Source: Candidatus Altimarinota bacterium (GTDB lineage Bacteria > Patescibacteriota > Gracilibacteria > CAIRYL01). Taken from it: a stretch of 64,000 bases of DNA. The stretch is from NCBI GenBank assembly GCA_965250085.1, contig OZ252287.1, forward strand, positions 1,248,001 through 1,312,000, given 5' to 3'. Shown piece after piece: positions 1-10,005 of the stretch. The notes under the pieces were generated by a model. That model saw only the letters and a list, made by a program, of their open reading frames with translations, made no database searches and had not been told where the DNA came from. Numbering within the stretch: position 1 is the first letter of the stretch; each line of letters begins with the position of its first letter. The position numbers and the translations under genes were made by a program.

Positions 1-543
1 ATTTCCGGTGCTACATTCTCCTCTGGGATGCCCCATTTTGAAGACACAGAGGGACGGATTGTTCGTGTGGATTTTGAGAACACGACCATCTTTGGTGTAT
101 ATTTTCCCAATGGTGGCAAGTCTCCAGAAGCATGGCAGGAGAAGCTCGTGTTCTATGATACTTTCCTCGCGTATGCAAATGCTCTTCGCGCAGAAGGGAG
201 ACAAGTTATTTGGGCGGGGGATGTTAACTGTGCGCATGAAGAAATAGATTTAGCGAGACCCAAAGAAAATATGAATTCCATTGGGTTTCTCCCGGAAGAA
301 CGCACATGGGTCAGTCGGGTTATTCATGAAGGATGGGAAGATGTTTTCCGTGCCAAATATCCGGAAAAGGTGATGTATTCTTGGTGGCATCTGATTTCCC
401 GAGCTCGAGATAGAAATGTGGGATGGAGAATCGACTACTTCTTTGTAGACGAAGCACTCTATTCAAATGTTCAAAAAATTGAATATCTCAATGATCAGAT
501 GGGATCGGATCATTGCCCTGTCACTCTTGAAATTGACCTTTAG
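1..543 (+). CDS. xth: Exodeoxyribonuclease III (AP endonuclease), 5' end outside the window
   Basis: Motifs YFPNG, GDVNCAH, GWRIDYF and GSDHCP; frame is open from base 1. Confidence 0.95.
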   Translation: MSGATFSSGMPHFEDTEGRIVRVDFENTTIFGVYFPNGGKSPEAWQEKLVFYDTFLAYANALRAEGRQVIWAGDVNCAHEEIDLARPKENMNSIGFLPEERTWVSRVIHEGWEDVFRAKYPEKVMYSWWHLISRARDRNVGWRIDYFFVDEALYSNVQKIEYLNDQMGSDHCPVTLEIDL

Positions 544-581
544 AATTATCCCCCCCTAAAGAAGAGGGTTTACCCTTAATT

Positions 582-1349
582 ATGAATAAATCAATTGATA
601 CCATAGCGCTCCTCACTCTTCCTTTTCTGTCCGGAGCATTGTGCCTCTTTTTCGACGCCAATCTTCTTGTACTCACACTCTTCTTTTTTGGACTCCCTGC
701 ACTTTTGTTGAGCGTACGACAACCCACACATATCAAAAAGGTACTCTTCTTTTCACTTGTTACCGCAATACCTGTTGCCATCATTATAGATTACCTCTGT
801 GTTGCCGACCAATCATGGTATGTATTTGAGAGTGTCTTTCCCAGACTCTTTGGAAAAGTAGTGGTCGAAGACATACTATGGCTTGTACTTATGACCTATG
901 ACATTTGTTTCTTGAGTGAATATTTTAAACAAAGCCATTCTCAAATTCATAAGCACATTACTCGTATCGCCGCAATTTTTGGGATACTTCTCTTCCTTTT
1001 CCTCGCATTCGTATTTATGAGCCCCGAAACATTGCAAATACCATATGCATATCTTTGGATAGGTCTTTTGTTTGTAGTGCTTCCAATTATTCTTTTTCTT
1101 CCTCAATTCCCTCAGTTTCTAAAAATATTTATTACTATATCTTTTCTTTTTATTCCCACATTACTTCTTGCTGAGCTCACAGGACTCAAATTAAATTTGT
1201 GGGAGTTCTCTGGGGGGCACCTTTTGGGACATGTATCACTTTTTGGACTCTCTTTCCCCTTTGAAGAACTCATATTTTTTATTATTCTCTCTATCTCAGC
1301 AACACTCTCATACTATGAATTTTTTGCAAATAATCCTCATAAAGATTGA
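582..1349 (+). CDS. Multi-TM membrane protein, lycopene cyclase domain-like (duplicated W...P.EE units)
   Basis: About 8 hydrophobic segments; 'SWYV..VVVEDILW' and 'LWEF..FPFEELIFF' halves. Confidence 0.65.
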   Translation: MNKSIDTIALLTLPFLSGALCLFFDANLLVLTLFFFGLPALLLSVRQPTHIKKVLFFSLVTAIPVAIIIDYLCVADQSWYVFESVFPRLFGKVVVEDILWLVLMTYDICFLSEYFKQSHSQIHKHITRIAAIFGILLFLFLAFVFMSPETLQIPYAYLWIGLLFVVLPIILFLPQFPQFLKIFITISFLFIPTLLLAELTGLKLNLWEFSGGHLLGHVSLFGLSFPFEELIFFIILSISATLSYYEFFANNPHKD

Positions 1350-2068
1350 AAAATATCACCCCTTTTACTGGCTTTCCTCCAGAACTTCTCAAGTATTATC
1401 GAGATATTGAAAAGAATAATAATCGTACTTGGTTTCATTCACATAAGGATGAATTCAAACAATTTGTTATGGATCCAGCACGAGCGTTTGTTTCTGAAAT
1501 GGGTGTCAGACTTTCAAGTATTTCCCCATATATTTACGCTGAACCAAAAGTAAATAGATCTATTTTTCGGATTGCTCGTGATGTTCGCAGAAATAAAAAT
1601 AAACCTCCATATAAAACACAACTTTCTCTGATCTTTTGGGAAGGAGGATTTGGAAGGCTTGAATGCCCTGGATTTTACGTCGCTATTGATCCCAAAGAAA
1701 TTCACATTGGGGCTGGAAGTTATTGGTTTCCCAAAGAAGGTCTGCACGAATTTAGAGATTCACTGGTACATAAAAAATATGGGAAAGAAATTACACATAT
1801 CAAAAAAAACTTAGGAAAAAAAGGATATGAACTCAAAGGAAAGCACTACAAAAGATATCCTCGAGGTTTTTCTGAAGACGACATGAATGCCGATCTCCCG
1901 CTTCACAAAAGTCTCTACATCTACCACACCCAAAAACATACAAAAATACTTCATACCCCCGATTTTGTAGATTTTATTTTTGAAAAATTTGCTGATGGAG
2001 CAGAGCTCCATCATTGGCTCGCAAAAATGATTGCGAGAGCGAGAGAACAAAAACAGAAAAGAATTTGA
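1346..2068 (+). CDS. DUF2461 (TIGR02453) family protein
   Basis: NNNRTWF, SIFRIARDVR, KPPYKT motifs. Confidence 0.9.
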   Translation: MKNITPFTGFPPELLKYYRDIEKNNNRTWFHSHKDEFKQFVMDPARAFVSEMGVRLSSISPYIYAEPKVNRSIFRIARDVRRNKNKPPYKTQLSLIFWEGGFGRLECPGFYVAIDPKEIHIGAGSYWFPKEGLHEFRDSLVHKKYGKEITHIKKNLGKKGYELKGKHYKRYPRGFSEDDMNADLPLHKSLYIYHTQKHTKILHTPDFVDFIFEKFADGAELHHWLAKMIARAREQKQKRI

Positions 2069-2117
2069 ACTCAGTTTTTATATATGGTAAAACCTACGAT
2101 GATTTCACCTGTACTGT

Positions 2118-2342
2118 ATGCGGTTTCAAAACTCTGAAGAACTCGTACTCGATCTTCCTGAAGGAATCTCAGTAGAGCATTTAGCTGAATTGTTACAAAA
2201 ATCACTCGAAGATGGAATTTTATCTCTGCACACAACTGAAGGAAAATCTGTAGCGCTCGAGTTTTCCGCAGAACACAAAGAAGACGTCAAAGACGCACTG
2301 AAGGAGCTTGAAAATTTAGATCAGCTTTCATTACCACTGTAA
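2118..2342 (+). CDS. Small acidic hypothetical protein
   Basis: 74-aa ORF with ATG start and protein-like composition. Confidence 0.55.
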   Translation: MRFQNSEELVLDLPEGISVEHLAELLQKSLEDGILSLHTTEGKSVALEFSAEHKEDVKDALKELENLDQLSLPL

Positions 2343-2691
2343 AATCAATTTTTCAATGTACAATGTACAATTTGCAATGATTCTTTCGCGCGCATATCAT
2401 TGCACATTGTTAATTATTAACTGAGTATTTGTTCTATTTACTTCCTGCTGGAGTCCCTCGCCAAGTGGGGGACAGCGACCAACAAAGAAAGATACAGCAT
2501 GTGCTCATTTTGTGCGTTATTTACTGGTAGGGGTTCAAAATTTTGAACCCCTACGTCTGCAAACTGACTCATATTTAAACTTCACAACTCTATAAAATCA
2601 ATTTTTCAATGTACAATGTACAATTTGCAATGATTCCTTCACACGCATATCATTGCACATTGTGAATTGTTAATTGAGTATTTGTTCTATT
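2340..2691. repeat. 99-bp imperfect direct repeat (2340-2438 and 2593-2691) containing caatgta heptamers and the queG 3' end
   Basis: Copies differ at about 6 positions; copy 2 overlaps the last codons of queG. Confidence 0.9.
2527..2554. repeat. GTAG-type REP-like 28-bp perfect palindrome
   Basis: GTAGGGGTTCAAAA/TTTTGAACCCCTAC. Confidence 0.85.
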
Positions 2692-3761
2692 GCCCATTCG
2701 GCATGTTCTTTGAGTATGCTGTCTTTTTCTCTTTGAAAAACTTCTTTGAGCAATGGGAGAAACTTTTTATTCCCCGAGTTTCCAGCTACCACGCAAGCAT
2801 TACGGATCATGCCGTTTCGTTTTGCACGCATAAGAGGTGAGCCAGCAAAACGTTTTACAAATTCTTCCTGAGTTTTTATTTGTAGAATCTCAGGAATCAA
2901 GACTTCTGTTCCCGCAATTTCTCTTTCCAAAAGAGGACTCTGTACTCCTTTTTGACGGGGAATATTGTATGGGCACACTTCTTGACAGATATCACATCCA
3001 AAAATTCGATTGCCTATCTTTTTTCGCAACTTTTTTGGAATCGATCCCTTATTTTCAATTGTCAGATATGAAATACATTTGCGAGCATCTATCTGCTTAG
3101 GAGCAACTATCGCTCCGGTAGGACAGGCATCTATACATCGAGTGCAACTGCCACAAGAGAGTTTGGAAAAATCCAATTCCTTTTCATTGACTACTTTTGC
3201 ATTTTTATTTTTTGGTTTGCACGGAATCAATTGCGTCGTAAACACACACCCTATGAGAACCCATGAACCTGCTTTTTTTGTAATCAAACATGTGTTTTTT
3301 CCCACGAATCCAAGTCCAGATTTTTGAGCCCACATGCGCTCAAGCACAGGGTGTGCATCAAGTGAAATACGAAAATCATTTTTTTCTGCATCTGGAAAAA
3401 ATTCGGCGTGCACAAACTCTGCAAGTTGCAATAGCATTTTCTTAATGACTCTATGATAGTCTGGACCAGCAGCATATCGAGCAATTTTTCCAACCTCTTT
3501 TTTACTTTTGTACGCACGAAAGTAAGGGACAACCCCCACTATGACAGACTTTACGCCAGGGAGAAACTTCTGAGGATCTTTACGGATCTGTTGTGTGTCT
3601 TTCATATATTTCATATCAGCGCTATAGCCCTTATCTATCCATTGATTCAAGAGCATTCCTTCTTCTGGAATATCTTGTACCGAGCATACGCCGATTTCTG
3701 AAAATCCAATTTTCTTTGCTTGATTTTCTAATGCTGGCCAAAATGCCTCCATTTCTTTCAT
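2670..3761 (-). CDS. queG: tRNA epoxyqueuosine(34) reductase
   Basis: IARYA.G.DYH, CGSCTRCIDACPT, DARKCISYLTIE, FGCDICQEVCP; start placed at MKEMEAF because the upstream extension is heptamer repeat. Confidence 0.95.
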   Translation of the reverse strand: MKEMEAFWPALENQAKKIGFSEIGVCSVQDIPEEGMLLNQWIDKGYSADMKYMKDTQQIRKDPQKFLPGVKSVIVGVVPYFRAYKSKKEVGKIARYAAGPDYHRVIKKMLLQLAEFVHAEFFPDAEKNDFRISLDAHPVLERMWAQKSGLGFVGKNTCLITKKAGSWVLIGCVFTTQLIPCKPKNKNAKVVNEKELDFSKLSCGSCTRCIDACPTGAIVAPKQIDARKCISYLTIENKGSIPKKLRKKIGNRIFGCDICQEVCPYNIPRQKGVQSPLLEREIAGTEVLIPEILQIKTQEEFVKRFAGSPLMRAKRNGMIRNACVVAGNSGNKKFLPLLKEVFQREKDSILKEHAEWAIEQILN

Positions 3762-3825
3762 TCGTAATTGGTAATTCGTAATTGGTAACTTATAATTCAA
3801 TTGTATTCTGTCCAAAAACGAAAGA

Positions 3826-4455
3826 ATGAACAAATCAAAAGACAAACTTCGTATCGCTGTTCTGGCATCAACTTCAGGAACAGATCTTCCAGCAATTTTT
3901 TCGATGGATCCACATAACTATAAATTTGTTTTTCTCCTCACCAATAAAAAACATGCCACCTGTCGCCAAAAAGCTCAGAAATTTAAAATCCCTGATATTT
4001 TCTTGAGTGCCAAAAACAAGGAGCGAGAAGAATACGACTCTGAAATCCTCAACCTTCTTCAAGAGAAAAAGATCGATCTTGTGATTCTGGTAGGATGGAT
4101 GAGATTGCTTTCCAAAAAATTTGTAGACGCATATCAAAATAAAATAATGAATGTGCACCCATCACTCCTCCCCGCATTTGCTGGAGGAATGGATACAAAT
4201 GTACACAAAGAAGTTCTGAAATCGGGAGTTACTACAACCGGCGCCACTATTCATTTTGTGACTGAAGAGCCAGATGCAGGTCCTATCATTCTTCAAAAAG
4301 AATGCAAAGTACTCCCAGATGACACTCCAGAATCACTCAAAGAGCGTGTCCAAAAGCTCGAGCAAGAAATGTTTCCTGAAGCAATTGAGATGTTTCGACT
4401 CGGAAAAATTATGAATCAGGAAAAGAAGGAGCGCGAAGAGCTCTCAACTGAGTAA
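3826..4455 (+). CDS. purN: Phosphoribosylglycinamide formyltransferase
   Basis: LAS.SGT, GWMRLL, NVHPSLLPAF.G, TGATIHFV, DAGPII. Confidence 0.93.
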   Translation: MNKSKDKLRIAVLASTSGTDLPAIFSMDPHNYKFVFLLTNKKHATCRQKAQKFKIPDIFLSAKNKEREEYDSEILNLLQEKKIDLVILVGWMRLLSKKFVDAYQNKIMNVHPSLLPAFAGGMDTNVHKEVLKSGVTTTGATIHFVTEEPDAGPIILQKECKVLPDDTPESLKERVQKLEQEMFPEAIEMFRLGKIMNQEKKEREELSTE

Positions 4456-6061
4456 TAAGTTCTGATTTCTTTTTTTCTAAGCGCTCAATCTCGTTCGTAA
4501 GTTCGGGGATTCTTTCTTCTAGACTTTGCTTTCTCTCTGAATATTCAATTATTTTTTCCGCGAGAGATTCAAATGAAGTTCCCATATTTTTGAAAATATA
4601 CTCGAAAGGATCTTTTTCTTCTGAGATATGGAGAGAGAGCCTTATTGATGTGATATCGCGGCAAACAAATCCTAATATTTGTAGTTGACCCCAAAGAAAT
4701 TCAAATTTTTTCATATTCAGTAATGCATCCCGTTTTAACTCTTCCATTCCATCCGCCGTATCATAGCTTATTGCTGTGGAGCGACTTACTATAGTTCCAT
4801 CAGCAATAGTGGTATTGTAATCAATACGTCCATGTTGAGAGAGCGTCTGAAGACATCCATACACGGAGCTTAGTGCTGCTCCCAAAAGAGACATGTTACT
4901 TGCATGTTTTAACTCAGTTTTTGGTTCGATTTTTTTAAAAAACCCATATACAGCCCTCAATTTTTTTTGTACTTGAGATAATTCTTTTTTTGCTGATTGT
5001 AAGGAGGAAGATACCTTTGCAAGATCAGATCGAATTTGAATATCTTGCTTCGCGAGTTCTTGTGCACGAATGCTTTCCTCACTCACACATGTCTCAGGTT
5101 GACGAGATGATCTCTTGTCATTTGCCCCAGGAGATATATCGGGCGGTGGTGCTTTTGCTTTTTGGTCTTGCAAAAGAACTCGTATAGGACTGATATCAAT
5201 ATCCCTGATAGTACTGCTACCATTTCCTTCATAAAAACTCAGTCCATCCGGAAGATGAGAGAAGGGATCCGTGATATCTTGTACATAAGAATCCAGTTTT
5301 GTTTCTAGTTCCAAACTATATCCGACAACTTCCTTTTTTCGCTGCTCCCAAAGATCCAGAATAATTGTTGACACGTCTTTTTTAAATTGAGAAAAACTTT
5401 CTGGATGGTCCATTTCTGAGTATTGTAAATACAGAGCTCCACCGACTTTTGAAATAAGATGAGAGAGCAATTCAGCAAAGGTGAGGACAAGCTGTTTGTT
5501 TGCTTTTAGCACATGTTCTCGTACATTTTTTCTTGCATCTTCTGGTGCAAATTTTGCAAATGGGTCAGATTCTTTTAGGATGTGATGAAGTTTTTGTAGT
5601 TTTTGGTGTACTGTTTGACTGAGGACAGAAACAAGAATGTTTTGCAGTCTTTGCGGAGACTCAAACCATCCAATATCAACATATTCGCTCCCATTTGGAT
5701 TTTTTTGCATATCTTCATCCAGGCGCTGTCTCGTTTTCTTGATAGCACCAGCAACAATCCCCAACTCAGAAAGAAGAGTATCTGCGAAAGGAAGTCTTGG
5801 GAGATGAAGAACTGATCGTAATTTGTCTAGATCGCTAAGTTCAAGCTCTAAAAGACGCAATTCATCACGACCTACAGTTTCTCCTCCGATTCCTAATTCA
5901 CTGAAGAGGTTTGTAACAAGTGCATCATATTCCTCTATCACTTGGGGTACTATATGCTGCGCACCACATGTTTCAGGTGTACAGACCTTTTTCAAAGCTT
6001 GAGTAAGGTCACTTGGGCTTGTAAGATCATAAGATTTTTGGGGTGCGAGAGGTTCACTCAT
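4409..6061 (-). CDS. Hypothetical helical/coiled-coil protein
   Basis: 550-aa ORF with no recognised motif. Confidence 0.7.
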   Translation of the reverse strand: MSEPLAPQKSYDLTSPSDLTQALKKVCTPETCGAQHIVPQVIEEYDALVTNLFSELGIGGETVGRDELRLLELELSDLDKLRSVLHLPRLPFADTLLSELGIVAGAIKKTRQRLDEDMQKNPNGSEYVDIGWFESPQRLQNILVSVLSQTVHQKLQKLHHILKESDPFAKFAPEDARKNVREHVLKANKQLVLTFAELLSHLISKVGGALYLQYSEMDHPESFSQFKKDVSTIILDLWEQRKKEVVGYSLELETKLDSYVQDITDPFSHLPDGLSFYEGNGSSTIRDIDISPIRVLLQDQKAKAPPPDISPGANDKRSSRQPETCVSEESIRAQELAKQDIQIRSDLAKVSSSLQSAKKELSQVQKKLRAVYGFFKKIEPKTELKHASNMSLLGAALSSVYGCLQTLSQHGRIDYNTTIADGTIVSRSTAISYDTADGMEELKRDALLNMKKFEFLWGQLQILGFVCRDITSIRLSLHISEEKDPFEYIFKNMGTSFESLAEKIIEYSERKQSLEERIPELTNEIERLEKKKSELITQLRALRAPSFPDS

Positions 6062-6103
6062 GAATTAGATACAAATAACGTAGGGTGTATTGTAATAAAA
6101 AAT

Positions 6104-6813
6104 GGCTCTTGAGTAGAATAATTACTTCAATTATTCTCTTAACATGCTTAAACACAGTAAAATATCGAATTATAAGATCAAAAAAATATTGAAGTGTTTT
6201 TGTGAAGATCTCAATGCATCAAAAACAGCAAATATTCTAGATCTCAATCGGAGAACGGTTGATCGATATTTTAATATTTTTAGAGAAAAGATTGCAAAGT
6301 TCTCTTTAGCACAGTCAAAGAGTTTTGGAGAATTTGAACTTGATGAAAGTTACTTTGGAGCAAAGAGAGTGAGAGGAAAGAGAGGAAGAGGAGCCGCAGG
6401 AAAGACTCCTGTCTTTGGAATCCTTCAAAGAGAAGGAAGGGTATTTGTTTCTATTGTAAAAGATTGCTCCAGAAAAGAGCTCCTACCTATTATTCAAGGA
6501 AAAATACTAGAAGGATCAACTATTCATACTGATGGATGGAGAGCTTATGATGGACTCATTCTCAATGGATATGATCACTATCGTATTCATCACTCAGAAA
6601 ATGAATTTGCACGAGGAAAATGTCATGTAAATGGTATTGAATCCTTTTGGTCTTTTGCGAAAAGAAGACTCTCTAAGTTTAACGGAATTGCTTCTCACAA
6701 GTTTAACTTTCACCTCAAAGAATGTGAGTGGCGATGGAACTATAAAGATCAAGATATTTTTGTTATAATGTCCAAAATTATCAGAGATTTTTAAAATCTC
6801 CTACTCTAGAGCC
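6104..6813 (+). mobile_element. IS1595-family (IS1016-like) insertion sequence, copy 1, 710 bp
   Basis: IRs GGCTCTTGAGTAGAATAATT / GGCTCTAGAGTAGGAGATTT; 8-bp target duplication TAAAAAAT (6096-6103, 6814-6821). Confidence 0.95.
6144..6794 (+). CDS. IS1595-family DDE transposase
   Basis: ELDESYFG, RGRGAAGKTPV, IHTDGW, HVNGIESFWS. Confidence 0.95.
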   Translation: MLKHSKISNYKIKKILKCFCEDLNASKTANILDLNRRTVDRYFNIFREKIAKFSLAQSKSFGEFELDESYFGAKRVRGKRGRGAAGKTPVFGILQREGRVFVSIVKDCSRKELLPIIQGKILEGSTIHTDGWRAYDGLILNGYDHYRIHHSENEFARGKCHVNGIESFWSFAKRRLSKFNGIASHKFNFHLKECEWRWNYKDQDIFVIMSKIIRDF

Positions 6814-6945
6814 TAAAAAATTAATGTTTGTCAAATATAAATTATATGTCTTAATAGAAATATGCAATTTGTACAGTAGCGAGTTTTATTAGTTCTTGAA
6901 ATAGACTACTTCAAAATATACAATTCCTCTGCTCTCAATATCCGT

Positions 6946-7035
6946 GGAGGGATGGCAGAGTGGTCGAATGCGACGGTCTTGAAAACCGTTAGGGCGGCAA
7001 CGTCTTCCAGGGTTCGAATCCCTGTCCCTCCGCCA
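6946..7035 (+). tRNA. tRNA-Ser(TGA)
   Basis: GGAGGGA/TCCCTCC acceptor stem, anticodon loop CTTGAAA, long variable arm, GGTTCGAATCC, encoded CCA. Confidence 0.97.
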
Positions 7036-7241
7036 CAGTTGAATTCGAGCTGAAAACGAGCTCGAAGAGCGAAGTTTGAAGCCGAAAATACTGTGTGCTG
7101 ATGAGTTCGCTCCCGCGAACGAACCAGTGCGTTGAATTCGAGACGAACGAAGTGAATCCGAAGATACTGCGTCCCGAGCTTTGCGAGGGACTTTGAAAAA
7201 AGATTAATTATCTTAGGATACTAGACCCGAATACCCTGCCA
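7036..7241 (+). repeat. tRNA-appended repeat: one degenerate unit plus one ~110-bp unit ending in a pseudo-tRNA 3' end
   Basis: 7132-7241 aligns with 47523-47634; both loci start CGCCAca(g/a)TTGAATTCGAG. Confidence 0.8.
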
Positions 7242-7249
7242 AAAAAATG

Positions 7250-9469
7250 CTAGTAATCCGGTGGAATGTCGTAGTAATCGAGCAAAAATTCGGTTACTTC
7301 CTTGAATATCGGTGCAGCGGTAGTTGATCCCCATGTGTTGTCTGTTGATTCCAGTCTCGGACGATCAAATTTTACGAGAACAACAAATTTAGGATGCTCC
7401 GCAGGAGCATATCCGACAAAGCTGGTGATCACACTTCCCAATTTACTGGTGTTTTCATATCCAGGGCCATCTGTGCGAGCAATTTGTGAAGTTCCGGTTT
7501 TTCCTGCTACTCGATATCCCTCTATTCTTGCAGGACGTGCCACTCCTTCTTCTACCGCAGAAATGAGCATAGCAGTGATCGTTTGAGCAGTGTCAGCTTT
7601 AAGGACATTTGTACTTTCGGGTTCGATTATTTCCAAAGTCCCATCAGCGTGATAAATCTCTTCAATAATGTGTGGTTCTGGCAAAAGGCCTCCATTGGCC
7701 ATTGCAGACCACGCGGTAACAACCTGCAAAGGAGTTGCAGAAATTCCTTGTCCAAATGCATGATTAAAGAGAGCTGCTGTCGACCACTGAGTATAGTAAC
7801 TCAGAGTGCCAGATTGTTCTTCATCGAGTTCTACGTACGTTTCTTTTCCAAAGCCATACTCTTCCAAATATTGGTGCATCAGACTTTTTCCCAATTTGCG
7901 AGCCACAAAGACCATTCCAAGATTTGATGATCTTTGAAGAGCTTCTTTCATGGTTTGCCATCCCAAATATTGGGAATCTGCATTTCGAATGGGGACGAGT
8001 CTTCCTCCCACATCTACCTCTACCGGCTTTTCTTCTAAATACTTTGTATTCGGGATTACTTCATTTTCATTAAGAGCAATCGCCATCACCAATGGTTTGA
8101 ATACCGACCCTGGTTCATAGATCTCCTGAACGGCCCTGTTGAGATATGCGCCAGGACCAGCAAAATTTTCATATACATAAAATTCTGGATCAAATCCAAG
8201 CTTCCAAGCTTCTTCATATTCTTCAAATGAAGAAGAGATGAGACCTTCGTCTGGGTCATTTGGATCCTTTTTAAAAAGGGGAGTGGTTTCAAATATTCTG
8301 TCGGTGTCCTCTGGAGTCGTTCTGCGAGTCAAATACACATTTCCAAATTCATTCGGATCAAAGGAGGGGGCATTTGCCAGAGCAAGAATTTTCCCGTTCT
8401 TTGGATTCATAACGATCACTTGTCCGGAATCAGCACGAAAGCGTTTTACTGCGGATTCCAAAACTTCTTCTACTTTTTTTTGTATAACACGATCAAGAGT
8501 GAGGACGATATTACTTCCATCAATTGCTTTCTGAAAATCTTCTACAGTGAGTTCTATAACACGCCCACGTGTATCTGTTTTTCGAGCATGCTTTCCTTTT
8601 TTTCCAAGGAGCACATTATTCATTTTCCCCTCTATGCCATATTGACCCACACCATCATGATTTAAAAATCCAATTATTTGCGACGCCAACTTTCCTTCCG
8701 GATAAAACCTCAACTGCTTTGACTCCAAAATTACGCCTTTGAAATAATCAGGGAGTGCCAAGGAAGTATCTTTTTTTTGAGCATACAGTTTTTCTCTGTC
8801 TTGTTGATGTTCTCTTGCATATTTCCTCTTCAGTTCTGTAATGTGCTCAGACATTTCAGGAGTGAGTTGTCTTTTGATGAGTACATATCTATTGTCGGTA
8901 TTAACCTTACGAAAAATCTCTTCTTCTTTTTTTTGCAGTGCTTCTGAAAAGGTGGGAAGAAGAGGATTGAGGGCAAAGTTTAATTCAGATTTTTTTTCAC
9001 TCTCCCCCTCCTTATTTCCATCGTCTTCCTGGACGGCGAGCTCGGGAAAAATAACACTGTTTTCAGGACAGTATTCAATGTTTTCTTTACATTTTTCATA
9101 TTCATCTTCGGTAAAGATAATGGGAGTAAGGAGCTCAGAAACTAGTTTTTTATCAGGGATTTCCTGAGCATCTATTCTCAGTTCATCAAGAGAAGTATTG
9201 AGTGCTAGTTTTACAATGTTTCCAGTCGCATATTCTTTCACAATGATGTCTCCTCTTCGCGGAGTAAACTCTGTTTCTGAAGATGTTTGTGTTTGAATCT
9301 TCGCTACGTATTTATTTCCCTGTAGGATTTGGAGATAAAACAGACGTGAAATAATGATGGCAAAGAGAACACCAATGAAGACTGTGAGTATCTTGATACG
9401 ATCGGGAAAGAGAACTTTCCCGGGAGCAGTGTATCGAGTCGACCATTTTTTTCTTCGTCTTTTAATCAC
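7250..9469 (-). CDS. Class B penicillin-binding protein (FtsI/PBP2-like transpeptidase)
   Basis: N-terminal TM, PRRGDI, RFYPEG, EPGSVFKP (SxxK), SSN, KTGT. Confidence 0.93.
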   Translation of the reverse strand: MIKRRRKKWSTRYTAPGKVLFPDRIKILTVFIGVLFAIIISRLFYLQILQGNKYVAKIQTQTSSETEFTPRRGDIIVKEYATGNIVKLALNTSLDELRIDAQEIPDKKLVSELLTPIIFTEDEYEKCKENIEYCPENSVIFPELAVQEDDGNKEGESEKKSELNFALNPLLPTFSEALQKKEEEIFRKVNTDNRYVLIKRQLTPEMSEHITELKRKYAREHQQDREKLYAQKKDTSLALPDYFKGVILESKQLRFYPEGKLASQIIGFLNHDGVGQYGIEGKMNNVLLGKKGKHARKTDTRGRVIELTVEDFQKAIDGSNIVLTLDRVIQKKVEEVLESAVKRFRADSGQVIVMNPKNGKILALANAPSFDPNEFGNVYLTRRTTPEDTDRIFETTPLFKKDPNDPDEGLISSSFEEYEEAWKLGFDPEFYVYENFAGPGAYLNRAVQEIYEPGSVFKPLVMAIALNENEVIPNTKYLEEKPVEVDVGGRLVPIRNADSQYLGWQTMKEALQRSSNLGMVFVARKLGKSLMHQYLEEYGFGKETYVELDEEQSGTLSYYTQWSTAALFNHAFGQGISATPLQVVTAWSAMANGGLLPEPHIIEEIYHADGTLEIIEPESTNVLKADTAQTITAMLISAVEEGVARPARIEGYRVAGKTGTSQIARTDGPGYENTSKLGSVITSFVGYAPAEHPKFVVLVKFDRPRLESTDNTWGSTTAAPIFKEVTEFLLDYYDIPPDY

Positions 9470-9552
9470 AGAAATGAGTTACAAGTTTCTAAAGTTATAA
9501 AGTTTATAAAGGGTAAGCAAAGGACATTATATATGACTTTTTACTTTCTACT

Positions 9553-10005
9553 TTATGAACTTGGAGTATCAGTACTTCCAAAACCTCCTCTCGTCTCATG
9601 TGATACATCATCGATGTCGACCTCTTGCCAGTCGGCTCTGTCTACACGTACAAACATGCCCTGTGCTATTTTTTCTCCTCTCTGAACAGTAACAGTTGCA
9701 TCGGAGAAATTTCTGACTTGAATAAGTAGTTCGTCTTTTGGTCCGCAATAATCCTGATCAATCACGCCAATGGAATGCGGCATATCAAGACCTTTTTTTC
9801 GAGGAGTAGATGATCTGGGGGCAATAATCAGCGCATGACTTTCTGTTGTTTTGATGATAAGTCCTGTGGGGATCAGTTCAATTTTTCCTGGCTCAATTAT
9901 CATTTCTTTTGCCGCAGAGAGATCAAATCCTACTGCTCCGGCAGTTTCAAATTTTGGGAGCTCGAGCCCTTTGGCATGCTCAAGCTGTGTGATTTGTACA
10001 TTCAT
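9553..10005 (-). CDS. dut: dUTP diphosphatase
   Basis: AVGFDL, APRSS, GVIDQDY, IAQG, RGGFGST. Confidence 0.95.
   Translation of the reverse strand: MNVQITQLEHAKGLELPKFETAGAVGFDLSAAKEMIIEPGKIELIPTGLIIKTTESHALIIAPRSSTPRKKGLDMPHSIGVIDQDYCGPKDELLIQVRNFSDATVTVQRGEKIAQGMFVRVDRADWQEVDIDDVSHETRGGFGSTDTPSS

Noticed and set aside
2340-2691. Diversity-generating retroelement TR/VR pair at the queG 3' end
   Set aside because: No reverse transcriptase in the window, the repeat is mostly non-coding, and the mismatches are not confined to adenines on one strand
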